DNA of 64,000 bases, from contig CAXXFK010000013.1 in NCBI GenBank assembly GCA_963663965.2, positions 181,469 to 245,468 on the forward strand, read 5' to 3'. Positions 1 through 11,900 of this stretch are shown here, piece after piece. This DNA is from Sedimentisphaerales bacterium. Lineage in GTDB: Bacteria > Planctomycetota > Phycisphaerae > Sedimentisphaerales > SM23-30. The notes under the pieces were generated by a model, which saw nothing but the letters and a program-made list of their open reading frames with translations, did not search any database and was not told the DNA's origin. Within the stretch, counting starts at the first letter, position 1. Each line of letters starts with the position of its first letter. The position numbers and the translations under genes were made by a program.

Positions 1-130
1 GTGTATATGGGTCAAGGGGCGCTCGCCGGTCGGTTGGCGGGGCATACCTACCGTGAAGGGAATATCTATTATTTATTTGTAAAAGAATGATGATTATATA
101 AAGAACCGGGTATTAACCGATAGTAATAAG

Positions 131-1144
131 ATGAGATACCCGATTTTGATAAGTCCTATAATCAGTTGTTTTGTTCTGATATTCGCTTATGTCGGATTGT
201 CGCAATTGTCAGGACAGACTGACAATGGGAATCCAGGCATTTTTGCGGTAAAATATCATAACGCAATTGAAGATCCCCTGCATTTGCAGAAATCTCAGGT
301 TTATGATATTTATGGCGAGTTTGCGATGCGCGGCACTGCGCTGCATGCACCCTCATTGCGTAAGATGTTCAATACGGCGATCCGGCAATTGACGGGACTG
401 TCAGATGAATCGAAAGCATGGCGGCAGTATATTGGCGATAATGAGCGGGTTGCGCTGGTGTTCTGTTCGGTAGGCGAAAGAGAGTTGGGCACCAACAGTC
501 AGTTTTGCGGCAGTTTATTACAGACTTTATATCGTTGTGACTATCACCCCGAGAATTTTTTAATAGTGGGCTTGAAAGAATTGCCAGATGAGGCAAAGGG
601 GACGATGCCTTATCTTTATGGCTGGCAGGACAATCCAGTGGATTTTTATAGTGACAGCGATGATCTGGCCCTCTGGCTCAATCAGGTCGACGCCATTATC
701 GATATTCCAACGATTATGGATGACAATATTTTTGGGATGCGGGGATGTCTGACCAATTTAAGCTGGCCATTGATCAAATCGCCGGCTCGCTTGTATGTTT
801 CCGGTGGCGATCCATTTATCTGCGATATCTATCGTTTGCCTCAGATACGGGGTAAAGTTCGACTGCATATTGCCAATAGTTTACGCATTTTATGTTATGG
901 CGGACCGGAAGTTTTACCGGCTTATATCAAGCAAACCGGTTCCATTTTGGTGAGTACCGATCCGGTGGCTTTGGACCGGGTCGCGTTGGAATTGATCCGG
1001 AGGGAACGCCGGTTAATGCCTTTACCTCGAGGGGCTGATTTACAGATTGATGCCGGATATCTGGAGACTGCGGAAGCAATGGGTTTAGGGTATCGCGACT
1101 TGAATTTTATCGATTATCAACGGATGGCTCACGATAAAAAGTGA
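131..1144 (+). CDS. DUF362 domain-containing protein with N-terminal membrane anchor
   Basis: 337-aa ORF; hydrophobic N-terminus; DUF362-like motifs (DAIIDIP..., 'LHIANSLRILCYGGP', 'STDPVALDRVA', 'YLETAEAMGLG'). Confidence 0.7.
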   Translation: MRYPILISPIISCFVLIFAYVGLSQLSGQTDNGNPGIFAVKYHNAIEDPLHLQKSQVYDIYGEFAMRGTALHAPSLRKMFNTAIRQLTGLSDESKAWRQYIGDNERVALVFCSVGERELGTNSQFCGSLLQTLYRCDYHPENFLIVGLKELPDEAKGTMPYLYGWQDNPVDFYSDSDDLALWLNQVDAIIDIPTIMDDNIFGMRGCLTNLSWPLIKSPARLYVSGGDPFICDIYRLPQIRGKVRLHIANSLRILCYGGPEVLPAYIKQTGSILVSTDPVALDRVALELIRRERRLMPLPRGADLQIDAGYLETAEAMGLGYRDLNFIDYQRMAHDKK

Positions 1145-1184
1145 GTGATAGTCGGTTTGACAGTATTTTTTATCCTGAGGTGAT

Positions 1185-2069
1185 CTATCCCAGAATAGCT
1201 TTTTTCATGGCTGAGATATGAGCTGGTCCAGTGCCACAGCAGCCGCCAATGATGTTGGCTCCGGCCTTGACCAGCAGGGGGGCTTTTTGGGCCATTTGTT
1301 CGGGTGTTTCTTTAAAGACGGTTCTGCCATCTTCCAGAGTGGGCATGCCGGCATTGGGCATGGCCATAATGGGTGTGTCGGGCGCGTTGTCTTTGAGTAT
1401 CTTGACCATTTCAATGGCGTGGTCCGGCCCGGTGCCACAATTGACGCCGATAATATCAGCGCCCAGTTCAACCATCGCTCGAGCGAAAACATCGGGACGG
1501 ATTCCCATCATGGAGGCGTAACCCCCATTGGCCTGCGGATCAAACGTGAAGCTGGCGATCACTGTCAGGGAGGTGTTGGCTTTAGCCGCTTTGACCCCGG
1601 CGGCACATTCTTCCAGGGCCGTCATCGTTTCGATAATAACCAGGTCAGCGCCTCCTGCTTCGAGGCCTTTTGCCTGTTCAGCAAAAGCGGCGATGAAGTT
1701 TTCTTCGGGTTCAAGTCCCAAAGGCGCCATGAATTCGCCAGTTGGACCAATGCTGCCCAGGACGTATTGGGTATCGCCGGCAACTTCCCGGGCAATGCGG
1801 GCAGCGGCGGCATTGAGTTCGAAACAGCGTTCAGCCAGATTGTAATGGCGGAGTTTATAGGGTGACCCACCGAATGTGTTGCATTCGACAATATCACTGC
1901 CCGCGGCCCGATACTGACGATGAATATCCATTACATCTTCAGCCCTGTCGACGCACCAGAGTTCCGGACATTGGCCTGGTTGGAGGCCTTTGGCTTGAAG
2001 AAATGTTCCCATTGCCCCGTCACAGAACAGAATTTCACCATTTTTCAAACGCTCGAGAATCGACTGCAT
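1185..2069 (-). CDS. Homocysteine S-methyltransferase family protein (stand-alone MetH Hcy-binding domain)
   Basis: DGAMGT start motif, GVNC and GGCCGT zinc ligands, PNAG motif; 294 aa. Confidence 0.9.
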   Translation of the reverse strand: MQSILERLKNGEILFCDGAMGTFLQAKGLQPGQCPELWCVDRAEDVMDIHRQYRAAGSDIVECNTFGGSPYKLRHYNLAERCFELNAAAARIAREVAGDTQYVLGSIGPTGEFMAPLGLEPEENFIAAFAEQAKGLEAGGADLVIIETMTALEECAAGVKAAKANTSLTVIASFTFDPQANGGYASMMGIRPDVFARAMVELGADIIGVNCGTGPDHAIEMVKILKDNAPDTPIMAMPNAGMPTLEDGRTVFKETPEQMAQKAPLLVKAGANIIGGCCGTGPAHISAMKKAILG

Positions 2070-2422
2070 GCTTGCTCCTGATATTGGTTTAAGTGTCAGA
2101 TTTTATCTCAGGCAGTATAACAGTAAAAAGTTGGTCAATTCAATCATAATGTTTATTTAATGATGGGTCATTCATTTCGTTAACAAAATGATAAAGCAAT
2201 TCGACAAGTGGGTGAAAAACTGTTTTTTTTATCTGGATTTTGAAAAAATCGGACCTATGGGAATGGTATGAAGGTGCTGGTTTATTTCATGATGGAGTCA
2301 CGAGGTATCGTCCTGCAGATAAATGATGTAAGTGTTTTAAATAAAGAGAATAACATAGTAAATTGTGATTGCCCATATCATGATAGAGTGTCTGATAAAT
2401 TAGAAGATATTGGTTTTTTTAT

Positions 2423-2451
2423 TTGCATATACGACAATTGTCGTATATATT
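2423..2451 (+). promoter_or_regulatory. Sigma70-type promoter overlapped by a perfect 22-bp palindromic operator (probable BlaI-family site)
   Basis: TTGCAT(2423-2428)-17 nt-TATATT(2446-2451); palindrome ATATACGACAATTGTCGTATAT at 2427-2448; extra half site TGTCGTA at 2459-2465; directly upstream of the BlaI-family gene. Confidence 0.75.
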
Positions 2452-2482
2452 CTAAATGTGTCGTAATATGGAGATATGAATT

Positions 2483-2896
2483 ATGGCGAAAATCTTAAAG
2501 AATGAATCGAATAATGAATTAACCGAAGCCGAATGGGCAATAATGAAGATTGTCTGGCGGGAAGAACCGTGTACGGCAGGGACGGTGCAGGAGGCGCTGG
2601 CCCGGACCAGGGAATGGGCCTATAGTACAGTAAAGACGACGATGGACCGGATGGTTAATAAAGGATTGCTTGAACTGGAACGCATCCGTAATCTGCAATT
2701 GTTCCGGTCGAAAATATCTGAACAAGAGGCGCGTCGTGGCGAGTTTCGCAAGATGCTTAAGCGGGCGTTTGACGGGGCTTTGACACCTATGATGCAGTTT
2801 CTGGTGGAGAATGAGGAGTTTAGTCAAGATGATCTGGAGCAGTTGCGGCAATTAACCGAGAAACTGCATCCCGAACGGAGCGAAACAAACAGGTGA
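2483..2896 (+). CDS. BlaI/MecI/CopY family transcriptional repressor
   Basis: LTEAEWAIMKIVW...WAYSTVKTTMDRMVNKGLL winged helix; C-terminal 'FDG..TPMMQFLV...DLEQLRQL'; GGAG RBS; adjacent to M56 gene. Confidence 0.92.
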   Translation: MAKILKNESNNELTEAEWAIMKIVWREEPCTAGTVQEALARTREWAYSTVKTTMDRMVNKGLLELERIRNLQLFRSKISEQEARRGEFRKMLKRAFDGALTPMMQFLVENEEFSQDDLEQLRQLTEKLHPERSETNR

Positions 2897-2932
2897 TGAT
2901 ATGGTCTTGTTTAATATTAAGGGGTTTTAGTT

Positions 2933-5900
2933 ATGACTTATTGGATTGACATACTCAATCGGGCCGGCGAATATTTTTGTGAATATTCTCTGGGGATTCT
3001 AATCCAGTCCAGTCTGTTAATCGTGGTGTTGCTGGTGATTGACTGGCTGATCCGCAAACGGGTGCGGGCAGTGGTGCGGTATTGTTTGTGGATGCTGGTG
3101 CTGGTTAAGCTGGTGTTGCCACCGACATTGTGTATGCCGACGGGAATTGGCTACTGGTGGGCGCCTGATCTGATAACCCGACAGACCACGAATAAATCGA
3201 TTGAGGAGAAATTGGAGGCGATGGAAACCGGTGAAACCAGCCCTGACACGGTCACAATTCTGCCAGAGCGTACCTATTTCGAAAAGCCTACGGTTATCTG
3301 GCCGGATGCGCCGGTTGTTGATAGGGGAGGTGAAGTGTCGCCGCCCGATCCTGCGGGTAACGTGGATATGCAGGAGGCAGTGCTGGCAGCGCCAACAACA
3401 ATGGATGGTGACGCATTTCAGGGTGTGCAACCGGTGGTTCAGACGGTTGGAATTTCGCTCGACTGGCCGGCTGTTTTTATGTTGCTGTGGGTGGTCGGGG
3501 TAGTGATCCTGGGTGTTTTGCTGGTCCAGCGTTTTCTCTTTGTGCGGAGTCTGATCGCACAGAGCCGTCCGGCATATGGGAATGAATTGAATGATTTGAT
3601 AATCTGCTGCCGGCAGATGGGCATACGACGGCCGGTAGAATTACGTTTAACGGCCAATATGCTCAGTCCGGCGGCGTGTGGTTTGTGGCATCCGGTGATT
3701 TTGATGCCGGACGCATTATTAAAAGATCTGACCCAGGATAAGTTGCGTTCAGTGCTGATTCATGAACTGGCACATATCCGGCGCGGTGATTTATGGATTA
3801 ATTTCGCGCAAACATTATTACAGATCGTGTTTTTCTATAACCCGCTGCTCTGGCTGGCCAATGGCATCATTCGAGGTATTCGCGAAAAGGCGGTCGATGA
3901 AATGGTGTTGACGAAACTGGGGGATCAGGCCGAGTCTTATAGCCGTACGTTGATCGATATTGCCGAGATCGCGTTTTCGCGGCCGCATTTCAGTTTGCGG
4001 CTGGTGGGTGTGGTTGAATCGAAAAGCGCTTTGAAAGACCGGATCAGGCATATCGTATCTCGCCCATTTCCCCGATCGGCCCGGATCGGATTGATTGGAT
4101 TGATGAGCGTATGCGCCCTGGCAGTGTTGCTGATCCCGATGGCTAAAGGAGAAAAAGAATTCGGTTTCTGGTCCAGGGGAGATTATCGCGTCAGTTTGAA
4201 AAACGGAACGACCGTTGAACTGGTTGGTGTTTGTAAATACCCGGGTGAAAGTGAACAGTGGTGGGGGCCGGATGGAGCGCTTCTGGGGATGGATATCGAT
4301 ATTCAGTTATTCAGCAAGTGGACCTTTGAAGAACCTGACTATGGCCTGGTATTCAGAAAAACCGGTGATGCCGAGTTCAATATATTTAATATTAAAGGAT
4401 CCAGCCAGACAATGAGGATGCTCGGGATCCAACCTGAAGAGCTAATTGGTTATCGAATTCCTATCGATGGCCGTTTAAATAAGACCAATGTCATTATTGC
4501 CAGTCCAACCGGTCAGTGGCAAACGGCTTATGCTTCAAGCGCCATTGAAGGATCCAGTAGTGGTAAACTGCATGGCAAGAATATTATTTTCGCAGGAGTA
4601 GTGAAAGAAAATGACGGCCTGATCTTTTCGTGTACGGATGAAGTGGGATATCGAAATGCCACACGGGTGATCGCTATTGATCACAACGGATTTGAACATG
4701 TTGGCATCGAATTAACGAATACCGGTATCGAGGGAATTCGGCAACGCACGGTTCGGTTTGCCAGCTTGGCTGGCGGAGAGGTTGACCGGATTGCGTTTCA
4801 GACCAGTCCTTATGAGTATCATACTTTTAAAAATGTCGCGTTGCGGCCCAAGCCTGAAGAGTCACGCAAGGCGCTACCGGTGCCCAAAGACGGGCTTTAT
4901 GAAAATGCTAAAGGCTCTCGCAATCATAAAATTAAGATTGGGCCCACCCGGTTTGAGGTTCATACGGTGGCGCGTTATGACCAGAAAGGTAACGCATTAA
5001 TCAAGAATCCGGATGGTACCGAAAAGCAGGAGATTGATCTGTCAACGCCCGATTACTCAGAAAAGGTGAAGTGGATGGATATCGCCCGGATTTATCTGGC
5101 GCCGGTAACGGCTCGCTATGATGTGATTGAGTTGCGGATTTTTGATCACCTGACGCGAGAACTGCTTTCCAGTGAGACCTATCCCGGCCTGGGCTATGCG
5201 ATTAAGGATTCGGTTGTGACGGTCTGGAGTATGGAGAAAAAACTTCCGGAGAGCCTGGATATCTGGATACGCTTGTTACATAATCCTGATGGTCAGGAAC
5301 GCTTTTCTCTTGAGCCGGCGATAGGCAGTTCTGTCCGTATTGATGGCAATACGGTTCGGATTCTTGATTATGCTCCAGGGCGTTATAACTGGGCCAATGG
5401 TAAACGGACGCAGCATCATTCGGAATGGGACAGCAGTGTTACTACAATAGCGTTAGATTTTGACCGGTCAGGAAATAAAAACTATCAGATCTGTGCGGTG
5501 GGTCAGGATGGAAAGCGCGTCGTGCCGGATTTTCCACATTTTATCCGTCCGTCAAACGGTATGCAGATAATCGAATTCGGGATAAGGTCTGACCAGATCG
5601 ACCATTTTGAGATTAGGCCATTTAATGGACGCGATCGTTTTTACTTTGATGATGTCCGGTTACCGGAACGGATAGGGAAACTGGCGCCGATGGCGGACTG
5701 CCCTCCGATTGCGACGTTTCGGCTAGTTGATAAGAAGGCGTCTTATCTATGCCATGAGGATTTGTACGAGGCGGTTTTAACTGTATTGCCTGGTATTAAA
5801 GTGGCCAGTATCCAGTCCAGCGCGTTGGGATTTGGCACCGCCTATACCACAAAACCTTCCGAGCAGGGTCACAACTCAGTTGCTCTTCAATTGACTGGCG

Positions 5901-8900
5901 CCGGGATAAAATCGGTTTCTCTGGTGGCACGCGATAAGGCTGGTAATAAGATCGATCTGGAACCGAATTATGGACACGGCTCGGCGGTGGGTTCAGCTTT
6001 TTGCTGTCATTATATTGAAACAGGAATACCGGTTGATGACATTCAAATGATTGAGGTCTATGCCGGAGAAGATGCCAGTCCCCGTCCGGTCCGCCAGATA
6101 GATAAATTGCAAAATACAGCTGAGTTACAAGCCAAAGTTGATGATTCCCAGTCCAGTCAAATGGAAGGTGACAGGGATTCCCATCAGATTATTTCCAATC
6201 TATTTGACACAAAGATTCCCGATACGGTTACTAATTTTAAAACCACCGGTTCCAATCCTTTCAGTGATGTCCGAATTCGTTTTGATATCCCGGTTGATGA
6301 TCTTAAAAAGGTGATGTTACAGTCAGCCCGTTTTCCGGCGCTGGACGCGTTTCAGCAGGATGATCAATTGGCGGATCATTTGAAAAATGAACCGCTCGTG
6401 AAGGATTATCCCTGGTGGATACCCGATGAGCTGGTCGATAAGGTTTACAGCTGCTGGCAATTTTATCAGGGCGATTACGCCTCATCGATGTACAGTAATA
6501 TCACTTGTGGTGTCGGGAAATTGAGCGATAGCATGGCGCGGGTCTATATCCATAGTTTTTCGGATATGTCAGTTAAGCAAAATCCAGTTAAAAATCAGGG
6601 GGTCGAATTGGGTGGATTGCTTTGTCTGCTGCATGCCGATCGCTCGGCTTGTCTGGAAGGCCAGGCGCCGGTAATTAAGGTGACGTTGAGAAATACCGGC
6701 AAACCGGAAACGCCAATCCGGCCATTAATGGTGACACCTTCTGCGGAAGGATTTATGTTGAAAATCCAGAAGGATGATGATGTGGATATTCGTGTGCGTC
6801 CAAAGAAAGCACCATTGCCCGAAATGCAATTATTACCTGATAGTCGAGTTCCTGAGATTGAAATTCCACTGGATAAGAACTGGTATCCACGACAGAAGGA
6901 TATCGAAGGGGAACAGGATTTGGAACTTACGCCGGGAAGTTATACTGTGCAAGTGATTGCGCAGGCTCATGGGACTCTGGATAGTCATAAACTGGTGAAT
7001 TATCAAGTTACCAGTAATCCGGTTGAAATCGATATCATTCCGGCTGATACAATCGCGTCCATGGCTTTCCAACACCCATTTCTGTCGGTGACACAACAGG
7101 ATGTAACCGCGCAACTGCTGGGTATTCGCAACTGGAGAACGGGTGAATTCTGGGCGGTGGATGGCACGATGACAGCAGCGCCGTATGGCTATGTGGCCGA
7201 TTGGAATCCGGCGGAAGATCCGGATTGTGAAGCCTATGACTGGTATGAATTTGTTGTCAGGCTGGAACGCCCTGCTTATGAAGATTTGGGAGTGATCCGT
7301 TGGGATTTTGATCATATGCTCCATTCCAGTTCGGCTAATTCCAAGCCGTTGTTGTACAAGCAGGATATCCATATCGGCACGGTGAAATTACCTTATGGCA
7401 CTTCTGAAACGACTTTGAACCTGGGATTGGCCGTGCGGCCCTGGCAGACAGTGGCTTCCGGCAATCATCTGGGATTTTATTCGGCCGGCGATGATACGAT
7501 TAATATCAATTACGGGACCCAGTTTGGTTTAAAACGGGTTCCGCCGGGATCGAATGGCCACGCGATTCTGGTGACTTATACGATCACCGACCGGCAGTTC
7601 AGGGCGATCGCTATAGGGAAAGACGGTACGATGCACGAATCGGCCTTTCATGGTTCTGGCGGTACAGATTCCATGCGGCAGACGCTGGCGTATTTTGAAG
7701 AGTTGAAGGCGCGGGATGTAAGGGAATACCGGTTTCAAATCAAGCCATTTGATCGCTTTGTTTTTGAGAATATTCCATTGCGTCCGAGTCGTGTGACTGA
7801 CAAATCCCAAAAAGGTCTGGCGGTTCTTTGTTATTACGCCGGCACAAATCCCGGCCATGTCGGTAGTTATTTTCTCGATCTGGCGACAGGTGAGCAATTT
7901 AATGCCACCGGAATCTATGGCAATTTGAGCAATGCCCGGGATTTCGAAAAGGGCGATCTGATTTATAACCAGGGTAAAATCGCCTGCGTGCGTGAGGCAA
8001 AAATCGAGAAGTGGGAGAATGGCACACTCACGCCGGCTGCCATCTGGCCGGAGTCTTTGATTCGCAACGATCTTAAAGGTTCTGTCGCTTATTATGAACT
8101 TGAGCAGGTTCCGGCCGAGTATGTAGTAACGACCCGGGAAGGGCGTCGATTCCATATCCAGGTACTGGCGGCGGACCGGCGGATTGCCTGTCTGGAGTTC
8201 TGGCCTGATGATACCACGGTTCGTACCAGGGATTGGTCCGAATCGGTGGCAAAAATGATTGACGTTGCCGGACGATGGCTCAAGATTAATCGATTTGATG
8301 ATGCCAAACTGCTGGCTGACCGCCTGGTTGAACTGGCGCCAGAAAATCCTGATACTATTTTGCTCAAAGGGATGTGCAGTGTGAATGATCGGGAAGAACT
8401 GACCAAACTATATCAACTGGCACTGACGCGATATCAAGCCAGTAATAATCGCATCGGCGAGTATCTTGCTCAAAGGTTATTGGGAAACAGCGAACAAGCT
8501 GATCAGTTAATTCGCCACTCCCAGCAGAATCTCGCATCAGCCGGTTTTGCTGGATTGTCGAGCGAACAGCTTGAATTTTATATCATTAATCAATCAGAAC
8601 CAAACGAAGAAGTTGCTGCCGACTCCGGTCAGAACCTGGTTGTCGAGCTACCTGATGGAGGTACGCTCACGCTGGCAGGAGTGGCCAGAGTATCTAAAAA
8701 CAGCAAGACCTGGTATAGTCCGGATGGCAGGGGGCGCGTGAGTGAAAAAGATACCCGGCCTAATTATATCCCGCAGCCTGATGGTAATAGCTATGAATAC
8801 CGCATCCGGTTGGATACCCCGTTTAATAAGCAGCATAAAACATCCCAGATCCGATGGCTTTACGAACCAGACCCCACATCCATCTATTGTCTGGCGCATA

Positions 8901-11900
8901 ACTGGGCAGAGGGTGTCGATCAATGCGATGTGCGACTCCAATATCCAACTGAGATTAAAACGGCGAATATTTCTTTACAACTTTCCAACGGTCCCTGGGC
9001 AACAGTTGGTGTCAATCCGCCAGAACCAGGTAAGGAATTCCAGGAACAGTTTGGGATATTTTCAGTGATCGTATTCAATACGATTGATGAATCTGATGGG
9101 GGGATCTCTATAGAGTTGAGGCATCCTTTCCAGCGTTTGGGGCATCGGCTGGTTGCGTTTGATAAAAGCGGTCAATTACGCATGCCGGGTACCTATCGTG
9201 AAAATCAACCCGGCCAGGTTTCGGTACGCTTCGATGGATTGACACTGGATCGGGTGGAAAAATTTGAGTTTCAGACTCAGGCGTTAACAACGGTCAATTT
9301 CGCTGAGGTGGCCTTACAGGATGGGGTGATGACTAATCCGAAAGTGACTTTGCGTCAAACCGCGAATGACCCGATGGCTGGCGAGAACGAGATCAGTGGG
9401 GTGGTTTATGGACCGATTACGGATGATACGATGGATGCCTATTTCAAACGACTGGAAGCCGCGGAATCTCAGGATGAACTGGATCAACTCCACGCCTCTG
9501 AACCTCCCAGGGCAGATCGTCCGGCAGTAAGTACGCTGGTGCGATTGCAGGGGCAAACCCTGACCCGGCAGACGATTACCCGCCAGATGGCTACGAATGA
9601 CAAGGGTGAGTATCATTTTTCGGATTTACCTATGGGATGGTATCAGGTTTCGGCTGAACAAACGATATCCGGCAATCTCACCGGAGGTAATCGCAAGGCA
9701 GTCGCGCAGGGTAATGCTCAGTTTAACCGAACGACCCTCAATCGAAGGGTATTACCTTTACATTTACGAGATGATTTTGTGACGGTCAGGGGGCGGGTGA
9801 CTGACGCGGAAGGGAATCCGATTGCCGGGGCCAGGGTAGCCGGACAGACAGCGCCGGTAGAAAATAATGGGATCGGTGAGACCGATGAACAGACCCGGGC
9901 CTTCGCGCCACAAAACGTTTCAGCCGTTACAAATGCTGATGGCATCTATGAGTTGTCTGGGTTGGAACCAGCGAATGTCATTGCTGCGTTACGCTATCTG
10001 GTGAATGGGGGGCCGGGCTTTGAACTGGGTCATAAATTCTTTTTAGATATGACGGTAATGGCTGGTGAAAAGAACGCCTCCACTCGAGCGACCCGGCGGG
10101 TACCACTGGTATCCCAGGTGACTTTGTATTGGGCCCGGCGCTATCTGGAGGTAGCGAATCGAACCAGCGAAAAACCGGTTGTTGAGAAGCCGGATTTGCC
10201 TTATCCGCTTCCCGTCAGTCATGGATACAGGATTATTAATATCGATTTTATTTTACCGGAACCGGGTTCCAGCTTGCCGAAGTCCGGCGAATCCCGCACC
10301 GTGATGTTGCCTTCCAGTATCAAACAGGCGCTGGATTTAACATCTGGTCGGTTTGTTGAAGTTCCCATGGAAGCGTTGTCCTCACAAGAGGCCTGTCTGG
10401 CATATCTTAAAGAGCGAACTTCGGGTGGCGTTTTGTTCGATCATGATGGTGACATCTCGCAACTGGGATTTGTTAACATGACGAAGATCAGCCGGAATAC
10501 CGAAAAACAGGTTGGGATCGACACTATGAAATTTGCGTCGAATAATACGCCGCAGGATCTGGTAGTAGCGACCAGTCAAGACTTGAGATTTCAGCTTACT
10601 ATTATTAAGGCAACTGATGAGGGGTGTCAACTGGAATACCAGCTTCTCGCTGATGAGGCTGCTGATCCGGCTAAGGTTTGGCCCGAAGCGGTTCCCGATA
10701 AGTCTGATGGTCCGGCTGATTTTGAAGCCTATTTTCCTGAGAGTGAAGATGGCGCGCAGGCGCTGGAGACGCTGTGGAACGACCGGGAAAAAGATTTGCG
10801 TGACGCCGATGAAATTCTGGAGACGGTTCGAAAGGGATTGCGTGGATACCACGGACAGGGGAATATTATAGGCTGGGTAGGAAACCTGTTTATCTGGGGT
10901 AAGACTCCACAGAATGAAAAAGCCATTGAGTTAATGCTGCACGCATCCGACTCGCCGGATCGCAACCTGTATGGAGACGCGATCTATTTTGGTTTGTCGG
11001 TAACCAAAAACAAGACTCCGGCGATCCTGCAGGCGATGGTGGCGGTTGCCATGAAGACGGAGGATTATAGTGTTACCGGGCGTATCTTATGGGGGTGTGA
11101 CGGACAAAAAGATAAACTGATGACCTGCCTGGAACCGTATCAGAATTCGCCGGATCCTGCGGTCAGGGATAAGGCACAGGATGTCAGGGATTATTTTAAC
11201 GACAGTAAGGCGTTTATGGCCAAGCGTGAACAGCAACGCATCGAAATACTTAAAAAAGACTATGGCGATAAGCTGGATGATTTTAAACAGACCCTGCTGG
11301 AAGGTGATAGCCTATCACGGAAAGACTTGCTTCAGACATTTAATTCGAAGGGTTTAATGACAATTATCGATACCAGTTTTCTGGATGGATTCCAGGCGTG
11401 TCTTACTGATGAAGATCCTTCAGTCCGTTCTCAAACAGCCCGATTGATTGGCGGGCATTTCGTCTGGAGCGCAGAAACTCAAAATCAACGTGTAATCGAT
11501 ATGATGACTGAGTTGCTTGCCGATCCAGTTCGTCAGGTGCGTACGGAGGCTGTTTATTTTGGTCTGTCAACGGTGCGCAATCCGGATAAGGATCTGGTTA
11601 GTAAACTGTTGGCAACGATCCTGGATGATCGAGAGGTGAATTATTATGGCCGGGTGATCTGGGGTGTTAAACGGAACAAGCAAGCATGTATAGAAGTTTT
11701 ACAGGGATGGATGGATCGGGATCGATATGATACTGCGCAGCAGGCGGTTAAGGCGTACGAGATTTACGAAGATGTGACTGAACAGCCGTTACCGGAACAA
11801 TATGCCCAACAGTTTACTGCCCGGAAATCCAATGCCCATGAGGGGCTGGTGGCCATGTGTTATTCGCCACAAAAGATTGATATGGATAAAGAAACCCTCA

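Noticed and set aside
2070..2260. SAM or cobalamin riboswitch upstream of the Hcy methyltransferase
   Set aside because: AT-rich, with none of the conserved riboswitch cores recognisable.
2268..2498. 76-aa ORF upstream of the BlaI-like gene
   Set aside because: It runs through the promoter/operator region in AT-rich DNA and has no recognisable features.
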